Positions 53,090 to 64,000 of a DNA stretch of 64,000 nucleotides are shown in pieces. Below the pieces are notes generated by a model, which had not been told where the DNA came from, ran no database searches, and was given only the letters and a program-made list of their open reading frames with translations. The translations under genes and the position numbers were made by a program. The stretch covers positions 187,490,001 through 187,554,000 of the forward strand of contig NC_086097.1 of the NCBI RefSeq assembly GCF_963921235.1. The letters are read 5' to 3'. Every line of letters begins with the position of its first letter. Position 1 is the first letter of the stretch. Origin of the DNA: Mobula hypostoma. Taxonomy: Eukaryota.

Positions 53090-53125
53090 AGACGACCTTT
53101 CGGGCCGAGACCCTTCGTCAGGACT
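53090..53125 (-). ncRNA. Hammerhead motif in the inverted terminal repeat (stems I and III mutated)
   Basis: AGUC CUGACGA AGGG UCUCGG CCC GAAA GG UC GUCU. Confidence 0.65.
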
Positions 53126-54658
53126 AACTGAAAGCAGAGCTAGTAAGAGATTTGAAAGTGGGAGGGGGAGGGGGAGATCTCAAATGATAGGAGAAGACAG
53201 GAGGGGGGAGGGATGGGGCCAAGACCTGGACAGTTGATTGGCAACCTATGTTCCAAACCTACTCTGGTATTTGTCCCCCACTTTTCCTTTGCTACATTGA
53301 CTACTGCACTGGCGCTGCTTCCTGCATGCATGCTGAGTTCGTTGACTTCATTAACTTTGCCTCCAACTTTCACCCTGCCCTCAAGTTTACTTGGTCCATT
53401 TCCAACACCTCCCTCCCCTTTCTAGATCTTTCTGTCTCTATCTCTGGAGACAGTTTATCTACTGGTGTCTACTATAAGCCTACTGACTCTCACAGCTATC
53501 TGGACTGTTCCTCTTCTCACCCTGTCTCTTTCAAAAATGTCATCCCCTTCTTGCAATTCCTCTGTCTCTGCCGCATCTGCTCTCAGGATGAGGCTTTTCC
53601 TTCCAGGATGAAGGAGATGTCCTCCTTTTTTAAAGAAAGGGGCTTTCCTTCCTCCACCATCAACTCTGCTCTCAAATGCATCTCCCCCATTTCACGCACA
53701 TCTGCTCTCGCTCCATCCTCCCGCCACATCACTAGGAATAGGGTTCCCCTTGTCCTCACCTACCACCCCACCAGCCTCCAGGTCCAATATATAATTCTCT
53801 GTAACTTCTGCCACCTCCAATGGGATCCCACCACTAAGCACATCTTTCCCTCCCCCACCCCCCGCTTTCCGCAGGGATTGCTCCCTACGCGACTCCCTTG
53901 TCCATTCGTCCCCCCCCCATCCCTCCCCACCGATCTCCCTCCTAGCACTTATCCTTGTAAGCAGAACAAGTGCTACACATGCCTTACACTTCCTCCCTCA
54001 CTACCATTCAGGGCCCCAGACAGTCCTTCCAGGTGAGGAGACACTTCACCTGTGAGTTGGTTGGGGTGATATACTGCGTCTGGTTCTCCCGATGTGGCCT
54101 TCCATATATTGGAGAGATCCGACGCAGACTGGGAGATTGTTTCGCTGAACACCTATGCTCTGTCTGCCAGAGAAAGCAGGATCTTCCAGTGGCCACACAT
54201 TTTAATTCCACATCCAATTCCCATTCTGATATGTCTATCCATGGCCTCCTCTACTGTAAAGATGAAGCCACACTCAGGTTGGAGGAACAACAACTTATAT
54301 TCTGTCTGGGTAGCCTCCAACCTGATGGTATGAACATTGACTTCTCTAACTTCCGCTAATGCCCCACCTCCCCCTCGTACCCCATTGATTATTTATTTAT
54401 ATACACACATTCTTTTTCTCTCTCTCCTTTTTCTCCCTCTGTCCCCCTCACTATACTCTTGGCCTATCCTTTGGTTTCTTCCCCCCTACCCCTTTTCTTT
54501 CTCCCTAGGCCTCCTGTCCCATGATCCTCTCATATCCTCTTTGCCAATCAACTGTCCAGCTCTTGGCTCCATCCCAACCCCTCCTGCCTTCTCCTATCAT
54601 TTTGGATCTCCCCCTCCCCCTCCCACTTTCAAATCTCTTACTAGCTCTTCCTTCAGTT

Positions 54659-54694
54659 AGTCCTGATGAAGAGTCTTGGCCTGAAACGTTGACT
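54659..54694 (+). ncRNA. Hammerhead motif in the 3' terminal repeat
   Basis: AGUC CUGAUGA AGAG UCUUGG CCU GAAA CG UU GACU. Confidence 0.75.
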
Positions 54695-57329
54695 GTACCT
54701 CTTCCTAGAGATGCTGCCTGGCCTGCTGCGTTCACCAACAATTTTTATGTGTGTTGCTGAATCCATTTCACTACTTTGATATTAATACCTAACGACTGAA
54801 CCTTCCCAACTAACCTTCCGAGTGGAACCTTGTCAAAGGCCTTACTGAAGTCCATATAGACAACTTCCACTGCCTTACCCTTGTCAACATTCCTAGTAAC
54901 CTCCTCAAAAAATTCAATAAGATTTGTCAAACATGACCTTCCACGCACAAATCCATGTTGACTGTTCCTAATCAGACCCTGTCTGTCCAGATAATTATAT
55001 ATATCATCTCTAAGAATACTTTCCATCAATTTACCCACCACTGACGTCAAACTCACAGGCTGATAATTGCTAGGTTTACTCTTAGAAACCTTTTTAAACA
55101 ATGGAACAACATGAGGAATACACCAATCCTCCGGCACCATCCCCGTTTCTAATGACATTTGAAATATTTCTCTCAGAGCCCCTGCTATTTCTACAATAAC
55201 TTCCCTCAATGTCCTAAGGAATATCCTGTCAGGACCAAGAGACTTATCCACTTTTATATTCCCTAAAAGCGCCAGTACTTCCTCTTCTTTAATCATCGTA
55301 GTTTCCATAACTTTCCTACTTGTTTCCCTTACCTTACACAATTCAATATCCTTCTCCTTAGTGAATACCGAAGAAAAGAAATTGTTCAAAATCTCCCCCA
55401 TCTCTTTTAGTTCCATACATAGCCGTCCACTCTGATTCTCTAAGGGACCAATTTTATCCCTCACTATCCTTTTGCTATTAATATAACTGTAGAAACCCTT
55501 TGGATTTATTTTCATCTTACTTGCCAAAGCAACCTCATATCTTCTTTTAGCTTTTCTAATTTCTTTCTTAAGATTCTTTTTACATTCTTTATATTCCTCC
55601 AGCACCTCACTTACTTTATGCTGCCTATATTTATTGTAGATATCTCTCTTTTTCCGAACCAAATTTCCTATATCCCTTTAAAACCATGGCTCTCTCAAAC
55701 TTTTAACCTTTCCTTTCAACCTAACAGGAAGGTAAAGATTCTGTACCCTCAAAATTTCACCTTTAAATGACCTCCATTTCTCTATTACATCCTTCCCATA
55801 AAACAAATTGTCCCAATCCACTCCTTCTAAACCTTTTCGCATCTCCTCAAAGTTAGCCTTTCTCCAATCAAAAATCTCAACCCTGGGTCCATACCTATCC
55901 TTCTCCATAATTATATTGAAACTAATGGCATTGTGATCACTAGGTCCGAAGTGCTCCCCAACACATACTTTCATCACCTGACCTATCTCATTCCGTAACA
56001 GGATATCCAACACTGCCCCTTCTCTAGTTGGTACCTTTATGTATTGCTGCAAAAACTATCCTGCACACGTCTTACAAACTCCACAGCATCCAGCCCTTTT
56101 ACAGAATGGGCTTCCCAGTCTATGTGTGGAAAATTAACATCTCCCACAATCACAACCTTGTGCTTAGGACAAATATCTGCTATCTCCTTACAAATTTGCT
56201 CCTCCAATTCTCACTCCTCATTTGATCTATAATACACCCCCATAAGGATTACTACACCTTTCCCATTCCTCAATTCCACCCAAATAGCTTCCCTAGACAA
56301 GCCCCCTAATCTATCCTGCCAGAGCACCACTGTAATATTTTCTCTGACAAGCAATGCAACACCTCCCCCTCTTGTCCCTCCGATTCTATCACACCTGAAG
56401 CAACGAAATCCAGGAATATTTAGTTGCCAATCACACCCCTCCTGTAACCATGTTTCACTAATAGCTACCACATCATACTTCCAGGTATCAATCCATGTTT
56501 TAAGCTCATCCACCTTTCTTATAATGCTCCTAGCATTAAAATAAATGCATTTAAGAAATTTTCCACCTCTTACTCTCTGTTTATCACTAATGGTGCAAAC
56601 AACTTTACTATTTGCTTTATCTTCCTTCTCCCCTACATCTGTTCCTACACTCTAGTTCCCCTCCCTCCTCAGATCACCTTTAAATATCTTATTCATTACG
56701 TTAAGCCCAGTCCCCCTTTTATTCAACATCTGCCCAGAGAAAGTGTTTTCTACTCTTTACCTAGCTATGCCTCTCATAACTTCATTCACCTCTATCACCA
56801 ACTGAGAGATGCTGAAGCTCAGAAGAAGATTCAAAAGTCAGATCTTAAAGATTACAAACTGGAGTTGTGAACAAGAAATTCTCAGGTAGAGCACTGGAAC
56901 TAATAGACCACTAGAATATATGGCAACACCTTCTACCCATCAGTATATTTTAATCCAAGAAAGACAAGGCAACTCTTCCATCTTCTTTCTCTTTCACCTT
57001 ATTCTCACCCTCTCTCCACATAAACTCTCCAAAATGTTTGAACTTGCAATCTCATGTGGCCACTCCCACTTTCTCCCATGACTGATATGTCTATGCCTAA
57101 TAATTTCCTTGCAATGCTCTACACCATACTTGTTTAATAATTCTTAACCCCACTGGTGGAAAAAGTTTTCTCCTAATTTACTTACATCTGCTTTTTTTCA
57201 TATTCTTACATTTTAGGCTTTGTTCATCCTTTAGCCAAAATACTTCTGCAGCTAACCACATACTTGACTCCTTGATTCCCATTTCCCATTCTGATTCTCA
57301 CGTTGGCTGCTTGTCCTTCCTCAAGAGTA

Positions 57330-59525
57330 CACCTGTGGCTGATACCCTCAATAATAAGCATATAACTTTAGATACTGTTGAGGGGGAGGGGTTGAGCCCA
57401 TGAGGGGATCAACTATTCTGGATTGGATGTTCTGCTTTGAACTGGAATTGATTAGCGAGCTTAAGGTAAAACTACCTTTTGGGGTTAAGTGATCATAATA
57501 TGATCAAATTTACCCTAAAATTTGAGAAGGAGCAGCTAAAGTCAGGAGTATCAGTATTATGGTGGAGTAAAGGAAATTAAAGAGGTATGAGAGAGGAGTT
57601 GGCGAGAATTGATTGGAAAAGAACAATGGCAGGGATGATAGCAGAGCAGCAATGGCTGGAATTTCTGAAACAATTCAGAAGGAACAAAATATATCCCAAA
57701 GAGGAAGAAGTACTCTCAAGGCAAGATAAAAAAAGAGGCTAGAGTGGATATCTTACCAATGGAAGGTAATTCCTGAAAGGTAGTAATGGAGGACAAGGAA
57801 ATGGCAGATGAGCTGAATACGTATTTTGCATTAGTCTTTACTGTATGGTGGAAGTTCTAGGTGTCAGGGGGCACGAAGTGTGTGTTACTAGTGTTACTAT
57901 CATTACCAGAAAGAAGATTCGTGGGAAATTTAAAGGTCTAAAGATAGATAAGTTACCTGGACCAGATTGACTACACCCCAGGGTTCTGAAAGAGGTAGCT
58001 CAAGAGATTGTGGAGGCATTAGTAATGATCTTTCAAGAATCACTAGATTCTAGAATGGTTCTGAAAAACTTGGAAATTGTAAATGTCATTCCAAGAAGGG
58101 AAAGAAGCAGAAGAAAGAAAATAATAGGCTCGTTAGTCTAACCTCACGTGGTTGGAAGATGGTGGAGTCGATTGTTAAGGACGTGATTTGGGTGTGTTTG
58201 GAAGCCCATGACAAAATAGGCCACAGTAAGCGAGGTTTCCTCAAGGGAAAATCATGCCTGACAAATCTGTTGGAATTTTTTGAAGAAATAACAAGCAGTA
58301 TAGACAAAGGAGAATTGGTTGATGTGTACTTGAATTGACTGAAGGTCATTAACAAGGTGCCATACATGAGGCTGCTTGTTAAGCTACGAGGCCATGGTAT
58401 TACAGGAAAGATTCTAGCATGGATAAAGCAGTGGCTGATTGGCAGGAGGCAAAGAGTGGGAAAAAGGGAGCCTTCCTGGTTGGCTGCCAGTGACTAGTGG
58501 TGTTCCACAGAAGTCTGTGCTGGGACTAACTTTTTTTTATGTTGTGTGTCAGTGATTTGGATGATGGAATTGACAGCTTTGCTGCAAAGTTTACAGATGA
58601 TATGAAGATAGGTGGAGGGGAAAGTGGTTTTGAGGAAGTAGTGAGGCTACAGAAGGACTTAGACGGATTAGGAGAATTGGCAAAGAAGTGGCAGATGGAA
58701 TACCATGTCGGGAAGTGTACGGTCATGCACTTTGGTAGAAGAAATGAAAAGGTTGACTATTTTCTAAATGGAGAGAAAATACAAAAATCTGAGGCATAAA
58801 GGGATTTGGGAGTCCTTTGCAGGATTCCCTAAAGTTTAATTTGCAGGATGAGTATGTGGTGAGGAAGGCAAATAAGATGTTACCATTCATTTCAAGAGGA
58901 CTAGAATATGAAAGCAAGGGTGTAATGTTGAGACTTCATAAAGTCACTTGTGTTTCTCACTTGGAGTATTGTGCGTAGTTTTGAGCCCCTTATCTTAAAA
59001 ATAATATGCTGAAACAGGAAATGATTCAAAGGAGTTGATGAAGATGATTTCAGGATTGAATGGCTTCTCATGCAATGAGCGCATGATGACTCTGGTCCTG
59101 TATTCACTGGAATTCAGAAGAATGAGGAATGACCTAATTGAAACCTATTGAATGGTGAAAGACCTTGATAGAGTGCATGTGGAGGGGATATTTCCTATGG
59201 TGCAAGTGTCTAAGACCAGAGGATACAGCCTCAGAATAGAGGTGGCGTCCGTTTAGAATGGAAACGAGGCGGGATTTCTTTAGGCAGAGAATGGTGAATC
59301 TGTGTAGCAAAGATTCCTTCATCACTATGTGTGAAGGCCAAGCCTTTATGTATATTTAGGCAGAGGTTGATAGATTATTGATGGGTCAGGGCAGGAAGAG
59401 AGGCAGGGAGAAGGCAGGAGACTAGGGCTGAGAGGGAAAATGGATCAGCCATGACGAAATGACAGAGCAGAATTGATGGGCCAAATAGCCTAATTCTGTT
59501 CCTCTATCCTATATCTTATGGTCCT
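57330..59525 (+). mobile_element. Decayed CR1 (family of the 2265 and 22150 copies)
   Basis: FTDDMKIGGG; CR1-type tail at 59440-59525. Confidence 0.85.
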
Positions 59526-59617
59526 ATGGTGTAAGCTCAAGTACTGTTTTGAACAGAAGTGGGAGACTGTAGGTTCAACCAATCATTCACAGCCTAGACT
59601 GAACTGTATAATGCATA

Positions 59618-59937
59618 TTGAAGACTCATACGGCCAGATTTGGGAACAGCTTCTTTCCAACTGTGATAAGACTGGTGAACGGATCCCGACCCAGATCTGG
59701 GCCGTACCCTCCAAATATCCGGACTTGCCTCTCGGTTTTTTTTGCACTACCTTACTCCCCATTTTTCTATTTTCTATTTATGATTTAAATTTTTAATATT
59801 TACTAACTTTAACTATTTTTAATATCTTTAATATTTAATATTTGTAATCCAGGGAGTGTGAAGCGCAGAATCAAATATCGCTGTGATGATTGTACGTTCT
59901 AGTATCAATTGTTAGGCGAAAATAAAGTATAAAGTAT
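59618..59937 (+). mobile_element. Rex1/Babar 3' end
   Basis: Nearly identical to 38261-38588. Confidence 0.88.
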
Positions 59938-62900
59938 ATTGGCACTACTCCAATCTGTCAGTATTGCTCTGGGATTATCCTGGAAAAAAATGCTTTTAAA
60001 GTGAGAGTAGGCAAATTCAAAGAAGATGTTCAAAGTAAGTCTATTACACAGAGAGTGGCGACAGCCTAGAATGCATTGGTGGAGGCATATAGGATAGACG
60101 AATTCAAGAGGTTCTAAGATAGATGCATGAATGTGCAGAGAATGGTGGGGTATGTTTTGTAGGCAGAAGGGATTAGTTTGTGTTTTATGAAAAGGTAATC
60201 TTTGTGTGATGAATACCTTCACCACCCTGGCCTTGATCATACATGACTAAGTGCAGAGACTCCAATGGCGATGATGAGAATTCAATACGACTGTGAGAAC
60301 ATGAAAGTCATAAGAATACAGGGGCAGAACTCTTGAAGAGTTGGAGCAAGTTATGATGATTTGGTGGGTTCAGCTGTTGCTAATGTATTGGTCCACTTCT
60401 TGTGGAACTTTATGTCAGTGCAGTGGATACAAAAGTACAGTAGAGTGGTTTGAGATTCTGGAGAAGTTTTCTGGGCCTCCCCATTGGGCTGGATTGTGAA
60501 TAGTACCACGGTTTGGGCAGTGTGGGAGGTGTGCAGCAGTGAGGGGCCTGACATATCTGCATAATTAATTTAATGCTTGTTCTATTCCTTCCTAATAAAT
60601 CAAGTTTTGAAACAGATGAGGGGAATTGTTGACATTCTGCCTTACCACCAGATCTGCAAACCTTTCAGCTTAACAGCTTTGATAGACATTTAATTACTAG
60701 TTTAATTAGTTCGGCACAACATTGTAGGCTGAAGAGCCTGTTCCTATGCTGTACTTTTCTATCTTCTATGTTCTAACTGGGAAGGTGGGCTCCAGAATGA
60801 GGGATAGATCAAGTTGTACAACACAGAAAATGCCCTTTAGCTCAACTTGTCCACATCAGCCAATATGCCAATGCAAGCCGGTCCCATTTTCCTGTTTTAT
60901 GTCAATGAATCTATCCAAATATTTTTGAAAGGTTAAATTAAATATTATATTGTATCTGACTCTTAAACTTCCTCTTTAAAATAGATGAGAAGCAAGTGAT
61001 GTATTTTGAGAATTTAAACCAAGGCAAAAAATACACAGTAGGTGACAAGGCCCTGGAGAGTGTTGCTGAACAGGGACACTTAGGGGCACAATTACATAGT
61101 TCATTGAAAATGGTGACAGTAATATACAGAGTGGTGAAGAAGGTGTATAGCATGCTTGTCTTCATTAGTTGAGCTACTGAGTACAAATTACTATTGTATA
61201 AAAGCTTTGTTAGGTCACACTTGGAGTGTTGTTTACATTTCTGACCACCATCTCCTCCTCACCACCTAATGAAGTTTTCGTAAATCTAATTTTGATCTCT
61301 CAGCATACATACCTATTGCAATGCATTCTTTGTCCTTTTCACGCTCTACGCTGTAAAATTGAGGACATTGAAAACTCTGCCTGTGTCTAATTCACACTAT
61401 TTCACACACTTATTACTCCTGTGTCAGTTGACTACATTAGCTCCAAATAAGCAATACTTCAGTTTTCAATGTTTCACCTTCCTTTCAAGTCCCTTAACAC
61501 CCTTCATCCCTCATTATCTTCATAGCAACTGCAAGGTGTCGATGGTATCCCATTCACATACCTGGATCCTCTCAGAGTCTTACCATTCATCTAGTGCTCT
61601 CTGCAGCCTCTGTTTTCAAATTCTGAAGCTCTCGTATTCCTTTCTTCCTTCTCTGCTCTCTGCTCCTTTATGATGTTCTTTGAAATCTACCACTTTTTCC
61701 AAACATTGGATTTCTACACTAGTATCTATTTATGCTGCTCTGTGTAAAATCTTGTTTTATGTGATAACTGGGAAGCAACTTGAGACATTTTGTCCACATT
61801 TCTGCAAATAGATAGCATTTACAGATAACAAGTACATTAGTTGTTAATAAGTGATCTGGTAAGTGCAATGGTGTCTGTAAATAAACAGAAAGTTATTGTT
61901 GCAGAAAAGTAGAAAATAATGATGTCATCATTTATTGCTGGCTGTTATAATTGTGATGTCTGATGCTACCATATACTGCTCTAAGAATCAGTGGCCTGTA
62001 GAACTTGCTTTAGAATGTGCATCCATCATTTTCATTTGAGAAATTTCGATAAATAAAAACAAAAAATAATTATGCCTTTCCAAATATTACTGCACCCCAA
62101 AGGGCAATACTTGTAATTCCGTGTATTTGTGAAGATTAAAAATATAATCTGCAATGGTGAAATCTAACACATTCCACAATGACTAATATATACTGTAGTA
62201 TGCCAAATAGTATGACAATTTATGGAAATGTTAGTGTGAAATGGACAGTGGCTGTCTGTGTCGTTACCAAACAACATATAAATGCAAAAGTCAGGAAATA
62301 AAAATAGAAAATGGTTAGAATTAAATTTATATCTGTGAAGAAATGAAATTTAAAGAGCAAGATACCAAGAAGAATCAAATGCAAAATTTTGTATAAAATC
62401 AATAAAATCTAAATAAACTTTCAGATGAATATTAGCATAATTATTATGTTTCAAAATAATTTGTTGTTTCTGGATGATGAGAAATATCACAGCTATCTAC
62501 TTGGAAACTATTTTGTGGTTCCCAGTCACAGTTACAATACCTATAACATAAACTAGTATCATGAAAGTAAAAGCAGAAATGAGTTATGCAAACAAAGCTT
62601 TGCACCTGAAAATATATTTGATGTGCCACTTTTACTAATACAATATTAGATTTATTCCCATATGTCTTTCATACAAAATTGTCTCTGCCCATAATTCCAC
62701 ATGGCATAAACTTTGTTGAAAAAATGAAAGCCAATAGAATGAAATGATTTAAAAAATCAGAATATTAAATGTGCATTATACTGCAATTATTTCAATCATG
62801 TCTTCATAACTCTCAAGCAATAACTTTGATTTAATGATCTTCATTCATGTCACTATTATTAATCTGGTGTTATGCTCAATGACATTTGAAGTGACATACA

Positions 62901-63414
62901 TTTTGGCAATCAGATCTTTTTAGTCTTGCGTATTATTACTGACCTAACCATAAGACAGGAAAAATGGTATGAGAGTCACACTGTTACAATAACATTAAAC
63001 TTGTGTACTTCTAGAGCTTCAGTTGAAGTTCTGGTACAGGCTTTCAGCCAAAAGATGCTAATAATTACAGTTTTTTACCAAATTACATTTTAAAAAATGT
63101 TATTTAAAACTAGGAGACAAAACCCCATCTGAAATTATAACCCACCTTTGGGTAAGTCCCTCTCCGTAGAGGAAGGAATTTTCCAAACAGAAAATTTTAC
63201 TGAAATGCAGATGTGAGTAAGAATATAATCACAGATATTCTCTTCAAAAGCAATGACCGGATGACCTGCTTCTGTAATGAATCTTGGATGTTATTGTGCT
63301 TGAAGAGAAAAATCTGAAACTGTGTTAGCAATTACATTCTATTCATTCCTCTTTGAATAGTTCCTTATTTAAATGTATTAGCATGACAATCTATAAATAT
63401 AAATATCTATAAAT

Positions 63415-64000
63415 ATTAGCACACCATCTATAAACTTGCTGGTGATAAAACCACTGTTGGTAGAATCTCAGGTGGTGACGAGAGGGTGTACAAGAGTGAG
63501 ATATGTCTACTAGTGGAATGGTGCCGCAGCAACAACCTGGCACTCGTCGTCAGTAAGACAAAAGAGCTGAATGTGGACTTCAGGAAGAGTAAGATGAAGG
63601 ACACATACCAATCCTCACAGAGGGATCAGAAGTGGAGAGACTGAGCAGCTTCAAGTTCCTCGGTGTCAAGATCTCAGAGGATCTAACCTGGTCCCAACAT
63701 ATCGATGTAGTCATAAAGAAGGCAAGACAGCGGCTATACTTTATTAGGAATTTGAAGAGATTTGACATGTCAACAAATACACTCAAAAACTTCTATAGCT
63801 GTACCGTGGAGAGCATTCTGACAGACTGCATCATTGTCTGCTTATGGGGGTGAGGGGCTACTGCATAGGACAGAAAGAAGCTGCAGAAGGTTGTAAATCT
63901 AGTCAGTTCCATCTTGGGCACTAGTCTACAAAGTACCCAGGACATCTTTAGGGGGTGGTGTCTCAGAAAGGCATTATTAAGGACCTCCAGCACCCAGGGC
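63415..64000 (+). mobile_element. Rex1/Babar-type LINE fragment running off the window
   Basis: SFKFLGVKISEDLTW, KKARQRLYF; same family as 39128-40143. Confidence 0.88.

Larger units (their letters stand above)
52984..54754 (+). mobile_element. Neptune-like Penelope element, 5' truncated, with inverted 5' terminal repeat; RT C-terminus and GIY-YIG endonuclease
   Basis: CYIDY, LPFLDL, YYKPTD, CKQNKCYTC linker, VIYC...YIGE...R...EH; 14-bp TSD tgctgaatccattt (52970-52983 / 54755-54768); 53027-53243 inverted vs 54541-54757. Confidence 0.93.
51881..56665 (-). mobile_element. CR1 LINE (endonuclease and RT), (ATAACCAT)-type tail, split by a Penelope insertion
   Basis: ORFs 56211-56513, 55678-56052, 54745-55662, 52480-52941 (YADDTK) and 51967-52314. 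Confidence 0.93.
51290..56920 (+). repeat. Diverged direct repeat of about 120 bp (51290-51410 and 56801-56920)
   Basis: Shared gaagaagatt.aaagtcagatct.aaagattacaa...gagttgtgaacaagaaattctca. Confidence 0.8.

Overview
Eukaryotic, gene-poor and repeat-dense genomic DNA. The repeat mix (several CR1-type LINE families with octamer tails, Rex1/Babar-type LINEs, Neptune-like Penelope elements) suggests a cartilaginous fish; this is inference only. I could not support any host protein-coding exon. Most of the window is layered, nested transposon debris: about 15 CR1 fragments, about 8 Rex1/Babar fragments, a decayed Ty3/Gypsy provirus (36.3-44.4 kb) with LINEs inside one LTR, a solo LTR, a Charlie-like hAT element with a fold-back MITE nested in it, a Tc1 MITE, a mariner fragment, a tRNA-derived SINE and two unclassified structured short retroelements. 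Two things stand out. (1) A Penelope terminal repeat carries a minimal type-I hammerhead ribozyme motif (AGUC-CUGANGA-stem II-GAAA-CG-UC-GACU) in five recognisable copies, with rearrangement junctions falling at the ribozyme. (2) A 2.27-kb TAG...CTA-bounded DNA transposon with a 3-bp TSD encodes an XPG/FEN1-like nuclease region and fits the AcademX type. Coordinates of old, decayed repeats are approximate.
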